A stretch of 64,000 bases of DNA. Origin: Candidatus Woesearchaeota archaeon CG10_big_fil_rev_8_21_14_0_10_45_16. GTDB taxonomy: Archaea; Nanobdellota; Nanobdellia; Woesearchaeales; GW2011-AR9. Both the position numbers and the translations under genes were made by a program. A model generated the notes under the pieces. It did no database searches, had not been told where the DNA came from, and saw only the letters and a program-made list of their open reading frames with translations. Location of the stretch: contig PCXY01000003.1 in the NCBI GenBank assembly GCA_002762785.1, forward strand, positions 70,463 through 134,462. The letters are read 5' to 3'. Below, piece after piece: positions 16,914-27,298 of the stretch. Numbering within the stretch: position 1 is the first letter of the stretch; each line of letters begins with the position of its first letter.

Positions 16914-17345
16914 TTATTCTTTTAACAAATTTACAGATCTTACCCACATCTCAACCAAAGCCATCAAAACATAGGCTTGCATAGAATTATCAACATTATG
17001 TGAACCATACACAATGGGTTTAGATTCTCGAAATGACTCTTCTACGCGATTACCCATGACATTTTCTATGGCTTTATCTATGACCCTATCTATAGATAAC
17101 CCAACGCCCTTTCCTGCAATGGAGAATTTGGTGACGAAAGGACTATCCTCCTGGAATGTGTACGGAAAAGGATGATCTTGTCTTAATGATCTTGTCAGTT
17201 CAGTTCCCATTCGATTTATCCTGTTTTGCCGTTCTCTTGGGATATTAGCCTCAATCATCTTTTGTGCAAACTCACCATCTAAAATAATGCCTACATTATA
17301 TGTAGGTTGATATAAGCCAGTAGGTTGCCAGATAATATTACTCAT
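16914..17345 (-). CDS. hypothetical protein
   Basis: 143-aa ORF. No motif recognised. Confidence 0.4.
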   Translation of the reverse strand: MSNIIWQPTGLYQPTYNVGIILDGEFAQKMIEANIPRERQNRINRMGTELTRSLRQDHPFPYTFQEDSPFVTKFSIAGKGVGLSIDRVIDKAIENVMGNRVEESFRESKPIVYGSHNVDNSMQAYVLMALVEMWVRSVNLLKE

Positions 17346-17379
17346 GATAAACTAGGAGAATCAGCAATTAATAAATCTA

Positions 17380-18519
17380 TTGAACTGGATTTTACCCACC
17401 CCAACCTTTAAATACGGTCCGGAAATCCTTAATATCATGCTTTCAGCGAAACAGATAGCCCAATTGCGGGAGGAGATCGAGACTGCCCAGAACCCTTTGT
17501 TCATCCATGACAGCGATGCTGATGGCCTTTGTTCGTTCTTATTATTATATAAGATACGCCGGGAAGGCAAGAATTTCATCTTTAAAGCCGCGCCAAAGCT
17601 GGATGCTACTTTCCTGCCGAAGATGGCCTCATATAATGCTGACAAAGTCTTTATCCTGGACGTCCCTAAAGTGGATCAAGAATTCATCGACGGGATAAAA
17701 GTTCCCGTGTTTTGGATCGACCATCACCAGCCGTTGAAACGTCATAACGTTAATTACTTCAATCCCCGGATAAAAGAGCCTGATGCCTATATTCCGACGA
17801 CCAGGATGTCTTACCAGGTATCTGAAAACCCCGATGATATTTGGATCGCCACGGCCGGTTGTTTAGGTGACTGGCATATGCCTGATTTCATCGATCAGTT
17901 TGTCGAAAAGTACCCGCATCTTCTGGCGAAAGGCAGTTCTCTCCCGGAAGCCGTTTTCAAGCAGCCGGTAGGCAGGCTGGTCAAGATGTTCTTCTTCCTG
18001 TTGAAAGGTCCGACGGCAGACGTGCGGCAGTCTGTCAAAGTATTGACGAGGATAACCTCACCGGATGAGATACTTAACCAAGAAACTCCACAAGGAAAGT
18101 TTCTCTATAAACGCTTCTTTAGTATCAACCAGAAATATGAGCTCCTGCTGAAAGAAGCCCGGAAGCATGCTACCAGCAGTCCCATTCTCTTTTTCCCATA
18201 TTTGGACGATCAATGGTCGTTTACAGCAAATCTGGCTAATGAACTTACTGTCTTATATCCCAAGAAAGTTATCATCGTCGGCCGCCGTAAGTCTGGTGAG
18301 ATGAAATGCAGCCTGCGGGCTCAGTTTGCGATCGACAAGGCTTTGGCCAAAGCCCTGGAAGGGGTGCAAGGCTATGGGGGCGGCCATCCTAACGCCTGCG
18401 GCGCTGTCATCAAAGAGCACGATTGGGATCGCTTCTTGGCAGGACTAAAACGAGAATTGAAACAAGAATTGAAACAGGAGTTTAAGCAGGAGTTGAAACA
18501 AGAGATAAAAAATGGTTGA
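17380..18519 (+). CDS. DHH-DHHA1 phosphoesterase (NrnA/RecJ-like)
   Basis: DHH motifs HDSDADGLCS and WIDHHQP. DHHA1 motif GGGHPNACGA. The C-terminus has ELKQE repeats encoded by a 15-bp tandem repeat. Confidence 0.65.
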   Translation: MNWILPTPTFKYGPEILNIMLSAKQIAQLREEIETAQNPLFIHDSDADGLCSFLLLYKIRREGKNFIFKAAPKLDATFLPKMASYNADKVFILDVPKVDQEFIDGIKVPVFWIDHHQPLKRHNVNYFNPRIKEPDAYIPTTRMSYQVSENPDDIWIATAGCLGDWHMPDFIDQFVEKYPHLLAKGSSLPEAVFKQPVGRLVKMFFFLLKGPTADVRQSVKVLTRITSPDEILNQETPQGKFLYKRFFSINQKYELLLKEARKHATSSPILFFPYLDDQWSFTANLANELTVLYPKKVIIVGRRKSGEMKCSLRAQFAIDKALAKALEGVQGYGGGHPNACGAVIKEHDWDRFLAGLKRELKQELKQEFKQELKQEIKNG

Positions 18520-18892
18520 ATTCCTCCCTTTACTGGCCCTAGCGGGGCTGGCTGCCGGCTATCTGCTGGGGGTTATCGCACCTGAAGAGATCTCTTCCGG
18601 GAGGAAGTATTTTCGTGCACTATTACGTGTTTTTGGTTCCATCACGGTCGGTCTTTTACTTTTCTTTCTTTGGAATATTAATGTCGCTCTTATAACCGTT
18701 TACTTCTTGATATCTTCATCGTTGATTTTCTGGAAGAAGAGAACCATGGTTCTTGAGATTGTCCTATATGCTCTTCTCCTATTGCCGTTATTCTTATTAC
18801 AGACATACTTACAGCCGACGCTGACATCAATTCTCTTCCTCTACGGCCTGCCTCTCGGCACTTTGATCTATGAAACACAAAAAAGATCTTGA
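18512..18892 (+). CDS. hypothetical membrane protein
   Basis: Multiple hydrophobic segments. Confidence 0.35.
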   Translation: MVEFLPLLALAGLAAGYLLGVIAPEEISSGRKYFRALLRVFGSITVGLLLFFLWNINVALITVYFLISSSLIFWKKRTMVLEIVLYALLLLPLFLLQTYLQPTLTSILFLYGLPLGTLIYETQKRS

Positions 18893-19511
18893 AGAGACCC
18901 TGAAAGAGAAAGTATCACCTCTTCTAGATGAGACCATGAAGAAAAGCTGGGGTGTGGCCATCCCTAAGATGGGGACTGACCTTACCGATCAGCTTTCCAC
19001 ACCATTGTTCGATATCTACGTGCCTTTACAGCTCGATTTTAAAGAAGCTAAGAAACAGTTCAAGAAACAGTTCCTGAAAAGAGAGCTTCACCTTCATGTC
19101 GGCAATGTCTCCCAGCTGGCCAAATTTCTAGGGATAGACCGGCGCAGTGTCCACCGCGTCATCAAAGACCTAGATATCAAGATGGCGGAGATGCGCGACG
19201 GTTCAGAAGAGCAGTATAAACAGGACGTTGTTGACCAGGCTCTTCGAGGGACGCTGCAGCAGTATAAAGAGATCATCCAGCCTCAGAAGATGGAGAACAT
19301 CTACCAAGAGATCCCTGCTTTGTCACGTAATATCGCCAAATTATTACCGCATCATCATCTGACCTGGAAAGAAGCTGAACGAGAGTTTGAACGGCAGTTC
19401 CTGAAACGTCTGCTGGAAGAACAGGAAGGCAGCATCTCCACCACCGCTAAGAAAGCTGCTTTACGTCCGGAGACACTGCACCGCAAGCTGAAGAAGCTGG
19501 GGTTGAGATAG
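18870..19511 (+). CDS. protein with two tandem Fis-type (HTH_8-like) DNA-binding domains
   Basis: The segments QFLKRELHLHVGNVSQLAKFLGIDRRSVHRVIKDL and QFLKRLLEEQEGSISTTAKKAALRPETLHRKLKKLGL both resemble the NtrC/Fis C-terminal HTH. Confidence 0.45.
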   Translation: MKHKKDLEETLKEKVSPLLDETMKKSWGVAIPKMGTDLTDQLSTPLFDIYVPLQLDFKEAKKQFKKQFLKRELHLHVGNVSQLAKFLGIDRRSVHRVIKDLDIKMAEMRDGSEEQYKQDVVDQALRGTLQQYKEIIQPQKMENIYQEIPALSRNIAKLLPHHHLTWKEAEREFERQFLKRLLEEQEGSISTTAKKAALRPETLHRKLKKLGLR

Positions 19512-19512
19512 G

Positions 19513-20247
19513 TTATCTCTTGATCTCGACTGCTCTGGCCATCCAGCGCTTTAGTTCCCGTGGATGCAGGGCGTCAGCTTGTATGTAACCTTCATAAAAT
19601 CTGCCCGTCTCAAGATCCAGCAAATTCTGATCAATTTCTCTACCTACCCTGCTACCTGCAACCCAATGTTTAGATAAAGTTTCTTCAAGTCGGACAGAGT
19701 GTCCATAAGAATCTTCGAAATTCATCTCACTCTTAACATTGTAAAGCACTACTGGAGTAAGATGTCTTCCATTTTGGCTCCGTATTCCAACTGCTGCGTA
19801 GGGGTTCTGTTGTTGTCCAACTGTTTTTCTTGCAACTGTCTCTTCAGGAAGTTGCTCAAGGGTTCCTGGTAAAGTGGTCCTCATAAGATACTGGCCAATA
19901 TTTGTGAAATCACGTCTACTTACCTCAACGGTCCTGCCATCTTCTAGGTTTTCTACTGTTGTAAAAAGAACTCCGTCAACTCTATAGTCTGTTCTGCTTT
20001 CTTGTCTTTCTACTTCGAGCCTTCTGGTGACTCTTACTGGAGTTAAAAAATCAAACTGGGCGCCTACATCTCTGATAAGGACTCTTCTGGAGGGTCTGCC
20101 ACCAACAAGTCTTCTTGAAGTATGTCCCTCGCCTTCTTTTCTGATAATGGTGGCTTCAGGAACAATTTCCAAAATTCTAAGAAGAGAATCGTATCCAGTA
20201 ACAACACCTTCAATCGTTCCTAAGTTGGTTTTTTCTGTAGTTGTCAT
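19513..20247 (-). CDS. hypothetical protein
   Basis: 244-aa ORF. Confidence 0.4.
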   Translation of the reverse strand: MTTTEKTNLGTIEGVVTGYDSLLRILEIVPEATIIRKEGEGHTSRRLVGGRPSRRVLIRDVGAQFDFLTPVRVTRRLEVERQESRTDYRVDGVLFTTVENLEDGRTVEVSRRDFTNIGQYLMRTTLPGTLEQLPEETVARKTVGQQQNPYAAVGIRSQNGRHLTPVVLYNVKSEMNFEDSYGHSVRLEETLSKHWVAGSRVGREIDQNLLDLETGRFYEGYIQADALHPRELKRWMARAVEIKR

Positions 20248-20359
20248 TTTGCTATCCCTGATTGGCGGTCTTATATAAAAATTTCCTATCTCTTTGGTTA
20301 ACTCTCGATCGACAATAACCCAAAAACTATATAAACCATAAAATAAGCATTCTGGTATT

Positions 20360-20836
20360 ATGAAAAAAAGAGGCAGTAAGAAGTCCGCTAGAAGAGGTTC
20401 TGCAAAAACTGAGGGCCAGGGTAAGACCGGCCGTAAGAATGGTCATAAGAAGAATGGCAAGGAACACCCGATCTTCCATCAGCATCTGACCCGTGGACAA
20501 AAAGCTGCCGATCTCATCGCTAGGTTCGGTGGCAGCTGGGTCTTCATCACTTTATTCTTCCTGTTCCTTGTGGCTTGGGTAGCTGTCAATAGTATCATGC
20601 TGGCCCAAAAGCCGTTCGATCCATATCCTTATATCTTGTTGAACTTGTTTTTATCCTGTCTGGCTGCCATCCAGGCACCGATCATCCTGATGGCTCAGAA
20701 CCGGCAGGCGGAACGTGATCGTATCGACGCCAAGTATGACCATCAAGTCAACCGGAAAGCAGAACGGGAGATCCAGGCCGTGCAGAAAGAATTGCGGTCG
20801 ATCCGGGATGCTGTGGTAAGACTGCGAAGGAAATGA
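20360..20836 (+). CDS. DUF1003-family membrane protein
   Basis: PFDPYPYILLNL with two TM helices, preceded by a basic N-terminus. Confidence 0.5.
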   Translation: MKKRGSKKSARRGSAKTEGQGKTGRKNGHKKNGKEHPIFHQHLTRGQKAADLIARFGGSWVFITLFFLFLVAWVAVNSIMLAQKPFDPYPYILLNLFLSCLAAIQAPIILMAQNRQAERDRIDAKYDHQVNRKAEREIQAVQKELRSIRDAVVRLRRK

Positions 20837-20839
20837 TGG

Positions 20840-21421
20840 TTATCGACGTGTCTGGCATCGTTCTGAAAGCAGTCTGAAATATACGCCATGTGAATCTTTG
20901 AGATCATGTTCTTTTCGTAGTAGGATCTCCAGAATTTCTTGTAAGTCTGGATCGGTAAGTTTTCTCTGAGTGTAAGGATAGAATTCAGAAACCTCAAAAC
21001 CTTGAGCTTCATAGACCAAAGCTTTCACCGCAGCATCTAACTTATCTAGCTGCTTGGCAATCTTTGCTTCTGGTGTCTGTCCTTGATCGTATTCCTGCCA
21101 TAGTTCCATGACCTCTTGACCATAAGAATAATCCTTTGTCAGATCATGCATGGCTTCTGTCTCTCTTCTTCTTTTCTCTTCAGGAGGAATATTATCATGG
21201 GGAGTTATGTCACCGACGATCAGCTCACTCAGGTCATGGACCAGAAGCATGTGGGGTATGTAGAATTTTCTTGTAAAATGATACCCAGCTAAAGAAGCGT
21301 GAACTGAGTGGTCGAAGACAGACTCGCATCGTTCTTCAGGAACACCTCGGTCCAGCCACCCTTGGCGTCTGACATCTCTTAATAGGTATATCGCTCCAGC
21401 TATCCCTTTTAGTTCCAGCAT
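20840..21421 (-). CDS. HD-domain phosphohydrolase (YfbR-like)
   Basis: H...HD...D metal-binding pattern (HSVHASLAGYH ... LVHDLSELIVGD). Confidence 0.6.
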   Translation of the reverse strand: MLELKGIAGAIYLLRDVRRQGWLDRGVPEERCESVFDHSVHASLAGYHFTRKFYIPHMLLVHDLSELIVGDITPHDNIPPEEKRRRETEAMHDLTKDYSYGQEVMELWQEYDQGQTPEAKIAKQLDKLDAAVKALVYEAQGFEVSEFYPYTQRKLTDPDLQEILEILLRKEHDLKDSHGVYFRLLSERCQTRR

Positions 21422-21513
21422 TGATCTCTGAAATGAGCGATTTTTTAAAAAATGACTGGAAGAAAAAGATCAATAAATAAAAATAATAAATTCAAAATAA
21501 TAAAATAAAAAAT

Positions 21514-23517
21514 CTACAACAAGCTGAAGCCGTAGGCGATGAACAGCGGCGCGAAGACGATGGCAAAGGTGTTGATGACCTTGATCAGCGCGTTCAATGC
21601 CGGGCCGGCGGTATCTTTGAAAGGATCGCCGACGGTATCGCCGACAACAGCTGCTTTATGAGCGTCCGAACCTTTACCGCCATGATGGCCGTTCTCGATG
21701 TATTTCTTAGCATTATCCCAGGCGGCGCCGGCATTAGACATAAAGAGAGCCATCAGCAAGCCGGAAAGGATGACACCGATCAACACTCCACCGAGAGCTT
21801 CCACGCCAAGCAGCATACCTACCAATCCCGGTGCGGCGACGGCGATGACAGCCGGCAGGATCATGTTCTTCAGAGCTGCTTTAGTGACGATGTCGACACA
21901 TTTGCCGTATTCTGGTTTTGCTTCGCCGGTCATCAGGCCCTTGATTTCTTTGAATTGTCTTCTAACTTCGATGACAATCTTGTGGGCAGACGTTCCGACA
22001 GCGTTCATCAGGATCGCTGAGAAGATGAACGGCAGCATCGCGCCGATAAACAAGCCGACTAGAACAGCCGGATTGGTCAGCAGGAAGCTGATCGGCTCGG
22101 TTACGAAATGGCCGATCTCTTCGGTAAAAGCCACGAACAAAGCCAGAGCAGCTAAAGCCGCTGAGCCGATAGCATATCCTTTCGTGACAGCTTTGGTGGT
22201 ATTGCCTACAGCATCCAGCTCGTCGGTGATCATACGGACATTCTTATCAAGGCCGGCCATCTCTGCGATGCCTCCGGCGTTGTCTGTAATAGGTCCATAA
22301 CTGTCCAAGGCGATGATCATGCCGGTAAGTGACAGTAATGCTACAGCAGCGATAGCTACACCATAGACACCTGCTAAAAAGTAAGCTGTAATAATTCCGG
22401 CGCAGATGGCCAATACTGGGATCAAAGCTGACTGCATGCCGATACCTAATCCTGCGATCAAGTTAGTTCCTGCACCAGTGACGGAGGCTTCTGCAATCTT
22501 CTGTACCGGCCGGTATTTGGTGCTGGTGTAATATTCAGTGACGATGTGGATCAATAAGGTTATGACCAGACCGACAACACCTGCCCAGAACAGGCTCAAT
22601 GGGTTTTTAGTGTAGACAGTTACTGCGTAAAAGCCGATGGCGGAGAAGACACCGGAAGCGATCAGTCCTTTGTGGAGGGCTCCCATGATGTTCTGTGATT
22701 TTCCCAAGCGGACAAACCAGGAACCGATGATCGAACCGAAGATGGCGACGACGCCTAACATCAAAGGATATTCGACGGCCATGTTGTAGGTAGCTGATAC
22801 GGATGGGATCAAAGCCAAGAGCATCGCTGCCAGCAAAGTGACGACATACGTCTCATAGAGGTCAGCGCCCATGCCTGCGCAGTCGCCGACGTTATCACCA
22901 ACATTATCGGCGATAGTAGCCGGATTTCGGGGATCGTCTTCAGGGATGCCTTTTTCGATTTTTCCGACGAGGTCTGCGCCGACGTCAGCAGCTTTGGTAT
23001 AGATACCGCCGCCGACCCTGGCGAACAAGGAGATAAGTGATGCACCGAAACCGAGGCCGACTAACATTGCCGGATCACGGTAGATGGCGTAGAAAGTGCT
23101 GACTGCTAATAGTGCTAGTCCGACGACAGCCATCCCGGTGACGGTTCCGCCGTTGAACGCGATACTTAAAGCTTCTTTGAGACCTTTCTTGGCCGTCTCT
23201 GCGGTGCGGACATTAGCCCGGACGGAGATGCTCATGCCGATAAAACCAGATAATCCTGAAAGGACTGCGCCGAACAGGAAACCGGCTGCGATCGGGAAGC
23301 TGAACAGCCATCCCAACAAGACAGTGATGAAGACCGCGAAGATGGCGATCGTCTTGTACTGCCGGGACATGTAAGCCATCGCTCCTTCCTTGATGGCGTT
23401 GGCGATCTCCTGCATCTTTTCAGAGCCGGGTTTCGCTTTAAGAATCCGTAATGATAGATATCCTGCGTATAACAACGCTACTATACTGGCGATGATTGCG
23501 ATTATTGCTGTATCCAT
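21514..23517 (-). CDS. hppA: membrane-bound H+/Na+-translocating pyrophosphatase
   Basis: Multi-TM protein of about 670 aa with GDNVGD and DxxGNTT-type motifs characteristic of V-PPases. Confidence 0.9.
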   Translation of the reverse strand: MDTAIIAIIASIVALLYAGYLSLRILKAKPGSEKMQEIANAIKEGAMAYMSRQYKTIAIFAVFITVLLGWLFSFPIAAGFLFGAVLSGLSGFIGMSISVRANVRTAETAKKGLKEALSIAFNGGTVTGMAVVGLALLAVSTFYAIYRDPAMLVGLGFGASLISLFARVGGGIYTKAADVGADLVGKIEKGIPEDDPRNPATIADNVGDNVGDCAGMGADLYETYVVTLLAAMLLALIPSVSATYNMAVEYPLMLGVVAIFGSIIGSWFVRLGKSQNIMGALHKGLIASGVFSAIGFYAVTVYTKNPLSLFWAGVVGLVITLLIHIVTEYYTSTKYRPVQKIAEASVTGAGTNLIAGLGIGMQSALIPVLAICAGIITAYFLAGVYGVAIAAVALLSLTGMIIALDSYGPITDNAGGIAEMAGLDKNVRMITDELDAVGNTTKAVTKGYAIGSAALAALALFVAFTEEIGHFVTEPISFLLTNPAVLVGLFIGAMLPFIFSAILMNAVGTSAHKIVIEVRRQFKEIKGLMTGEAKPEYGKCVDIVTKAALKNMILPAVIAVAAPGLVGMLLGVEALGGVLIGVILSGLLMALFMSNAGAAWDNAKKYIENGHHGGKGSDAHKAAVVGDTVGDPFKDTAGPALNALIKVINTFAIVFAPLFIAYGFSLL

Positions 23518-23622
23518 AGTCTGACCACCTTGTTCGTTTATAGGGACAGCTTTTGGAGAATCTTTTATATATTTTTTGATTGGGTTAGGGATTCTGTCTT
23601 AGAGATGAGCAAAAATTATTAA

Positions 23623-24588
23623 ATGATACGGCTTATCTCATCAGTCAATATGAAAGAAAAAACAGTGGTCTTGGTAACCCCTTATAAAAATCCTGATCTA
23701 GATGGGACTGCCTGCGCATTTGCCTATGCAGAGTATTTACAGAAAGCTGGTAGGAATGCTATGGCGGCAATATTTGGAACACCATCTCGAGAAGCTCAAT
23801 TTGTGCTTAAAATATTCAATATTCCTCCACTTAAAGATGCTGAAGAGATCGTCGATGATGTTAACAAAATTATTATTGTTGATGCAAGTGATATGCGTGG
23901 TCTTTCTGATAAAATCAATCCAGAGAAGGTGATAGAAATAATCGATCACAGAAAGGTTCATGAAGCCCACACCTTTCCGAAAGCAAAAGCTCAGATTGAA
24001 TTGGTCGGTTCTGCTGCTACTTTGATTGCTGAAAAATTTTTCAATGAAAAGACACAAATCTCAAAAGAATCAGCAGTTCTTCTTTTTTCAGCAATTGTAT
24101 CAAATACTGTCAATTTCCAAGCAAACGTAACTACAAAGAGAGATCATACGATGGCAGAGTGGCTAAAGACCAAATTTGTTGTCCCTCAAAATTACGTACA
24201 CGAAATGTTTGCTGATAAATCTAACCATGAGGAGCTACTTCACCAGGTATTTGATGATGATTTGGCGGCGTTTCAATTTAATGGTTTTTCTTTAGGGATC
24301 GCTCAATTAGAGATAATTGAGGTTGACAGATTTATAGATAATAATTTAGAAAAAATAAAAGAAAATCTTTCTAAAATTAAAAAAGAAAAATCATTTGACT
24401 TCGTTTTCTTAACCTGCATTGACTTGGAAAAAGCGTTCAACAAGTTAATAGTAATTGATGATAAAACAAAAAGGATGCTTGAGCAGGCGCTTGATGTGAG
24501 TTTTGAAAAGCGAGTCGCTAGGATGGCAGGGATTATGATGAGAAAAGAGATAGTTCCTTTGATCAAAGAGATTTTAGAGACCAGTTGA
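23623..24588 (+). CDS. DHH-family phosphoesterase, family II inorganic pyrophosphatase-like
   Basis: N-terminal YKNPDLDGTACAFAYAEY resembles the PpaC H-x-NPD-D motif. DHH motif 3 reads DHR. Confidence 0.5.
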   Translation: MIRLISSVNMKEKTVVLVTPYKNPDLDGTACAFAYAEYLQKAGRNAMAAIFGTPSREAQFVLKIFNIPPLKDAEEIVDDVNKIIIVDASDMRGLSDKINPEKVIEIIDHRKVHEAHTFPKAKAQIELVGSAATLIAEKFFNEKTQISKESAVLLFSAIVSNTVNFQANVTTKRDHTMAEWLKTKFVVPQNYVHEMFADKSNHEELLHQVFDDDLAAFQFNGFSLGIAQLEIIEVDRFIDNNLEKIKENLSKIKKEKSFDFVFLTCIDLEKAFNKLIVIDDKTKRMLEQALDVSFEKRVARMAGIMMRKEIVPLIKEILETS

Positions 24589-24622
24589 AGCCTGATTTTG
24601 TTAAAATTTTATTTTATCGAAT

Positions 24623-24994
24623 CTACCCCACCATCACCACTTTCTTCTTCTGGCGGATGGTCAGGTACGGTTTCTGCAGCCGCCGTTTCAAAGCCATATC
24701 CTGGGTCAGGATAAGATATCCCTTTCGAGAATACGCTGTCAGCAGGTCGTCAACGTTGCCCAGGCTTTTGATGACTTTTACATTCTTGCTCTTGATGATG
24801 CTTAACGCTAATTTCGCAGCAAGCTTATACTTCCCCCTCTGTTCTTGACTGATCTTCTCTAATTCGCTGATAGTTCCTTCAAGGATCGCAACTTTGTACG
24901 GAAAATCAGAGCATCGGTCCAGTTCTGAGAAGATGTCCACACCAAACTCGCCGATGGCCATCAAGGCATTAGTATCTACCAGTATCGTCTTCAT
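24623..24994 (-). CDS. PIN-domain protein (VapC-like)
   Basis: ILVDTNAL N-terminal acidic motif and conserved Asp positions. Confidence 0.6.
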   Translation of the reverse strand: MKTILVDTNALMAIGEFGVDIFSELDRCSDFPYKVAILEGTISELEKISQEQRGKYKLAAKLALSIIKSKNVKVIKSLGNVDDLLTAYSRKGYLILTQDMALKRRLQKPYLTIRQKKKVVMVG

Positions 24995-25003
24995 TCTATC
25001 TCA

Positions 25004-25855
25004 TCATTCTAGATGTCGTATGGCAGCGATCCAGTATAACCTTGTTACGACCACTGCCAGGATGAACAGCAACAGGGTGAACAACATGAATCCCGAATCC
25101 GCTTCAATCTCTTTATAGGTCAGATATAACGGCAGGAAAAGGACAGCGCCATTGATAGCCAGCAACACCGCCACTTTATGGATGTTCTTTACGCTGATGG
25201 TGAAGATCCTTTTCGGCAGCTTCTTCCAGGGACTGTTGATGCAGGCCGCTGCCGTCAGGAAGAAATAATACAAGACCAAAGCGGCGATGCCGATGATGTT
25301 GAACAATGTTTCCGGAGTCGCTGATTCGATCGACCATTGACGGTAAAAGTAATAGGTCGAAAAGATGATCCAGATCAATATCAAGATGCTTGTCGTTGCC
25401 AGATACCTGCTGAACTGTCTCAAAGCTGATCTCCAGGAAATCTTCTCAAAGATCTGCATGGTAGATGTCCAGATGAGGCCGTTGATCACCAGGAAGAAGA
25501 ACAAGGCCCATGACGAAGCTTTGAGCAGCAGCTGTTTCAGTCCCTGCGCGCTCTTATACAACGGCAGATAATCCTGGATGAACGGCTGGCCCTCCTGGAG
25601 CTGCGCCGTATCATAGTTTGCAGTCTGCACGGAAGCCACGATGTCCTGGCTGTACTGGATGGCCTGCAACTGGTAGCTTGGCACCAGCAAGGCCGGCCAG
25701 ACGATGATCGTTATCTGCAGGACAATCAGGATGAGCAGAAACTTCTTCTTGTTCCTGAACGCTTCAAGCACATCATCCAACCCTTTTTGCAGGTACTTCA
25801 TGGCAGGAAGGAAAGGATGATAGTTTAAAGACTTTTCTGAAAAAGATCTCTTCAA
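25004..25855 (-). CDS. hypothetical integral membrane protein
   Basis: 283 aa with several TM segments. Confidence 0.4.
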   Translation of the reverse strand: MKRSFSEKSLNYHPFLPAMKYLQKGLDDVLEAFRNKKKFLLILIVLQITIIVWPALLVPSYQLQAIQYSQDIVASVQTANYDTAQLQEGQPFIQDYLPLYKSAQGLKQLLLKASSWALFFFLVINGLIWTSTMQIFEKISWRSALRQFSRYLATTSILILIWIIFSTYYFYRQWSIESATPETLFNIIGIAALVLYYFFLTAAACINSPWKKLPKRIFTISVKNIHKVAVLLAINGAVLFLPLYLTYKEIEADSGFMLFTLLLFILAVVVTRLYWIAAIRHLE

Positions 25856-25911
25856 TGATAGTCGGTGTGAAATGCGTTAATTTTATATAGGATAGTAATA
25901 ATCAGTTATAC

Positions 25912-26064
25912 ATGGCAAAACCGATCAGGGCAACTCCTACATTACGTGGAGAGGACGCACGAAGGTTTATGAGGCAAGTGTTGGAAGAACAAAGAAACCC
26001 ATCCACGGCCAGAGTTAAGCTTTTGCGTGATGCCCATCAGGCTAGATTTAATTTTCCTCAATAA
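25912..26064 (+). CDS. small hypothetical protein (50 aa)
   Basis: ORF below the track threshold. A TATA-like TTTTATATA lies about 25 bp upstream of the ATG. Convergent with, and overlapping, the GNAT gene. Confidence 0.25.
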   Translation: MAKPIRATPTLRGEDARRFMRQVLEEQRNPSTARVKLLRDAHQARFNFPQ

Positions 26065-26602
26065 GTTTTAGGTCAAGATACATCGGTGTTGTTCCTTTCA
26101 TTCTTTCTTTTAATGTTCCAAATCCCATCTTTTTGTAAAAGTGTATAGAATCGCGTTTCTTATCAGAGTTTCTCTTTGCATCCAAAGTTATGAAACGACA
26201 GCCAGCTTTATTCTTGTTGATTCCATCAGCAACATTTATGACGGACAAGATCATCAGTCTTCCTAATCCTCTTCTTAAATACCTATCGTCGACACAAAGT
26301 CTTCCGATCTTTAAAGCAGGCAACGACTTATAATGGATCCCTTTTTCCCGGAAAAACTCTTTAAGATCACCTTCAAGATTAATCTTATCGTTAAGTACCG
26401 TAACATAAGAAACCAAGTGGTCTTTATAATACCATAGAAATGTGACCGAAAGTCTCTGCTCTTGATTTTCTAGTGCATCTTCCCTTAGAAAATCAACCAG
26501 CTCTTTTTCATAGGAATTAAAACCGCTAACATCGTAGTTCTGGTTCATTATCTCTATTCGTATATCTTCTGGATTAAATTTTTCTGGTTCTACATCCATC
26601 AC
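26048..26602 (-). CDS. GNAT-family N-acetyltransferase
   Basis: RRGLGRLM matches the R/Q-x-x-G-x-G/A acetyl-CoA motif. Confidence 0.65.
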   Translation of the reverse strand: MMDVEPEKFNPEDIRIEIMNQNYDVSGFNSYEKELVDFLREDALENQEQRLSVTFLWYYKDHLVSYVTVLNDKINLEGDLKEFFREKGIHYKSLPALKIGRLCVDDRYLRRGLGRLMILSVINVADGINKNKAGCRFITLDAKRNSDKKRDSIHFYKKMGFGTLKERMKGTTPMYLDLKLIEEN

Positions 26603-26667
26603 AACTTTTAAGAGAGCAACGATAGTTTAAAGACTTTTCTGAAAAAGAAAGAGGAGGAAAAACCTCC

Positions 26668-26850
26668 TCAACTAAGATTCTTGATAACCCGTTTCGGGTG
26701 CACTTTGTGTATCCTCACTGTCACTCTCTTCGTCCCGATGACAAACTCAACCTCATCCAGGCTCTGCCGCAGCCCTTCATCTATCTTTTTCATGATCTCC
26801 ACGTCGCTTAACGTGGACGCTTCCAGCCCCAGCAGCATTTTCAGGCTCAT
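26668..26850 (-). CDS. small protein c (60 aa), paralog of protein b
   Basis: Starts MSLKMLLGLEASTLSD. Its ATG overlaps the stop of protein b (ATGA). Confidence 0.35.
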   Translation of the reverse strand: MSLKMLLGLEASTLSDVEIMKKIDEGLRQSLDEVEFVIGTKRVTVRIHKVHPKRVIKNLS

Positions 26851-27026
26851 GATAACTTCGCTCTCTTTCTCCTCATGGTGCTGGTGTTGGTCGGAACCAG
26901 GCGGCCGGCTGCCAGATACTGAAAGTCTCTCTGCAGATGATTCTCGGCAGCCCGTTCCAACATATGGTATACTTCTTGTTCAGTCAATGACGTCGTGTCC
27001 AGTCCCAGCAGGTGTTTGAGGGTCAT
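26847..27026 (-). CDS. small protein b (59 aa), paralog of protein c
   Basis: Starts MTLKHLLGLDTTSLTE. Shares an ATGA overlap with protein a upstream and protein c downstream. Confidence 0.35.
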   Translation of the reverse strand: MTLKHLLGLDTTSLTEQEVYHMLERAAENHLQRDFQYLAAGRLVPTNTSTMRRKRAKLS

Positions 27027-27175
27027 CCTTCCACCCCCTGTTCGGCATCCATGTATCCTTGCATGAAGCCGTCTTCTTCCGGACTCATCACGTCGTCTTC
27101 TACAAGGAGGGACCGCAATTGCGGATCATAGACGTCTTCCTCATAGAGGTACCCATCGTATTGTCGTAATCTCAT
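27023..27175 (-). CDS. small acidic protein a (50 aa)
   Basis: First gene of the overlapping triplet. GC-rich. Confidence 0.3.
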   Translation of the reverse strand: MRLRQYDGYLYEEDVYDPQLRSLLVEDDVMSPEEDGFMQGYMDAEQGVEG

Positions 27176-27298
27176 GTACACCACCCCGTTTTGAGCAGAT
27201 GAAAGAGCACTTTCTGCTCATTTTACTATTAACATAACATTTAAATATAAATACATTTTCCTAATGCTATATATCACGTATATACGTACTAGTGATAA

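Noticed and set aside
21658-22300. Track ORFs 21658..22020 and 21698..22300 on the plus strand
   Set aside because: They lie entirely antisense within the well-supported H+-PPase gene. They are GC-skewed reading-frame artefacts.
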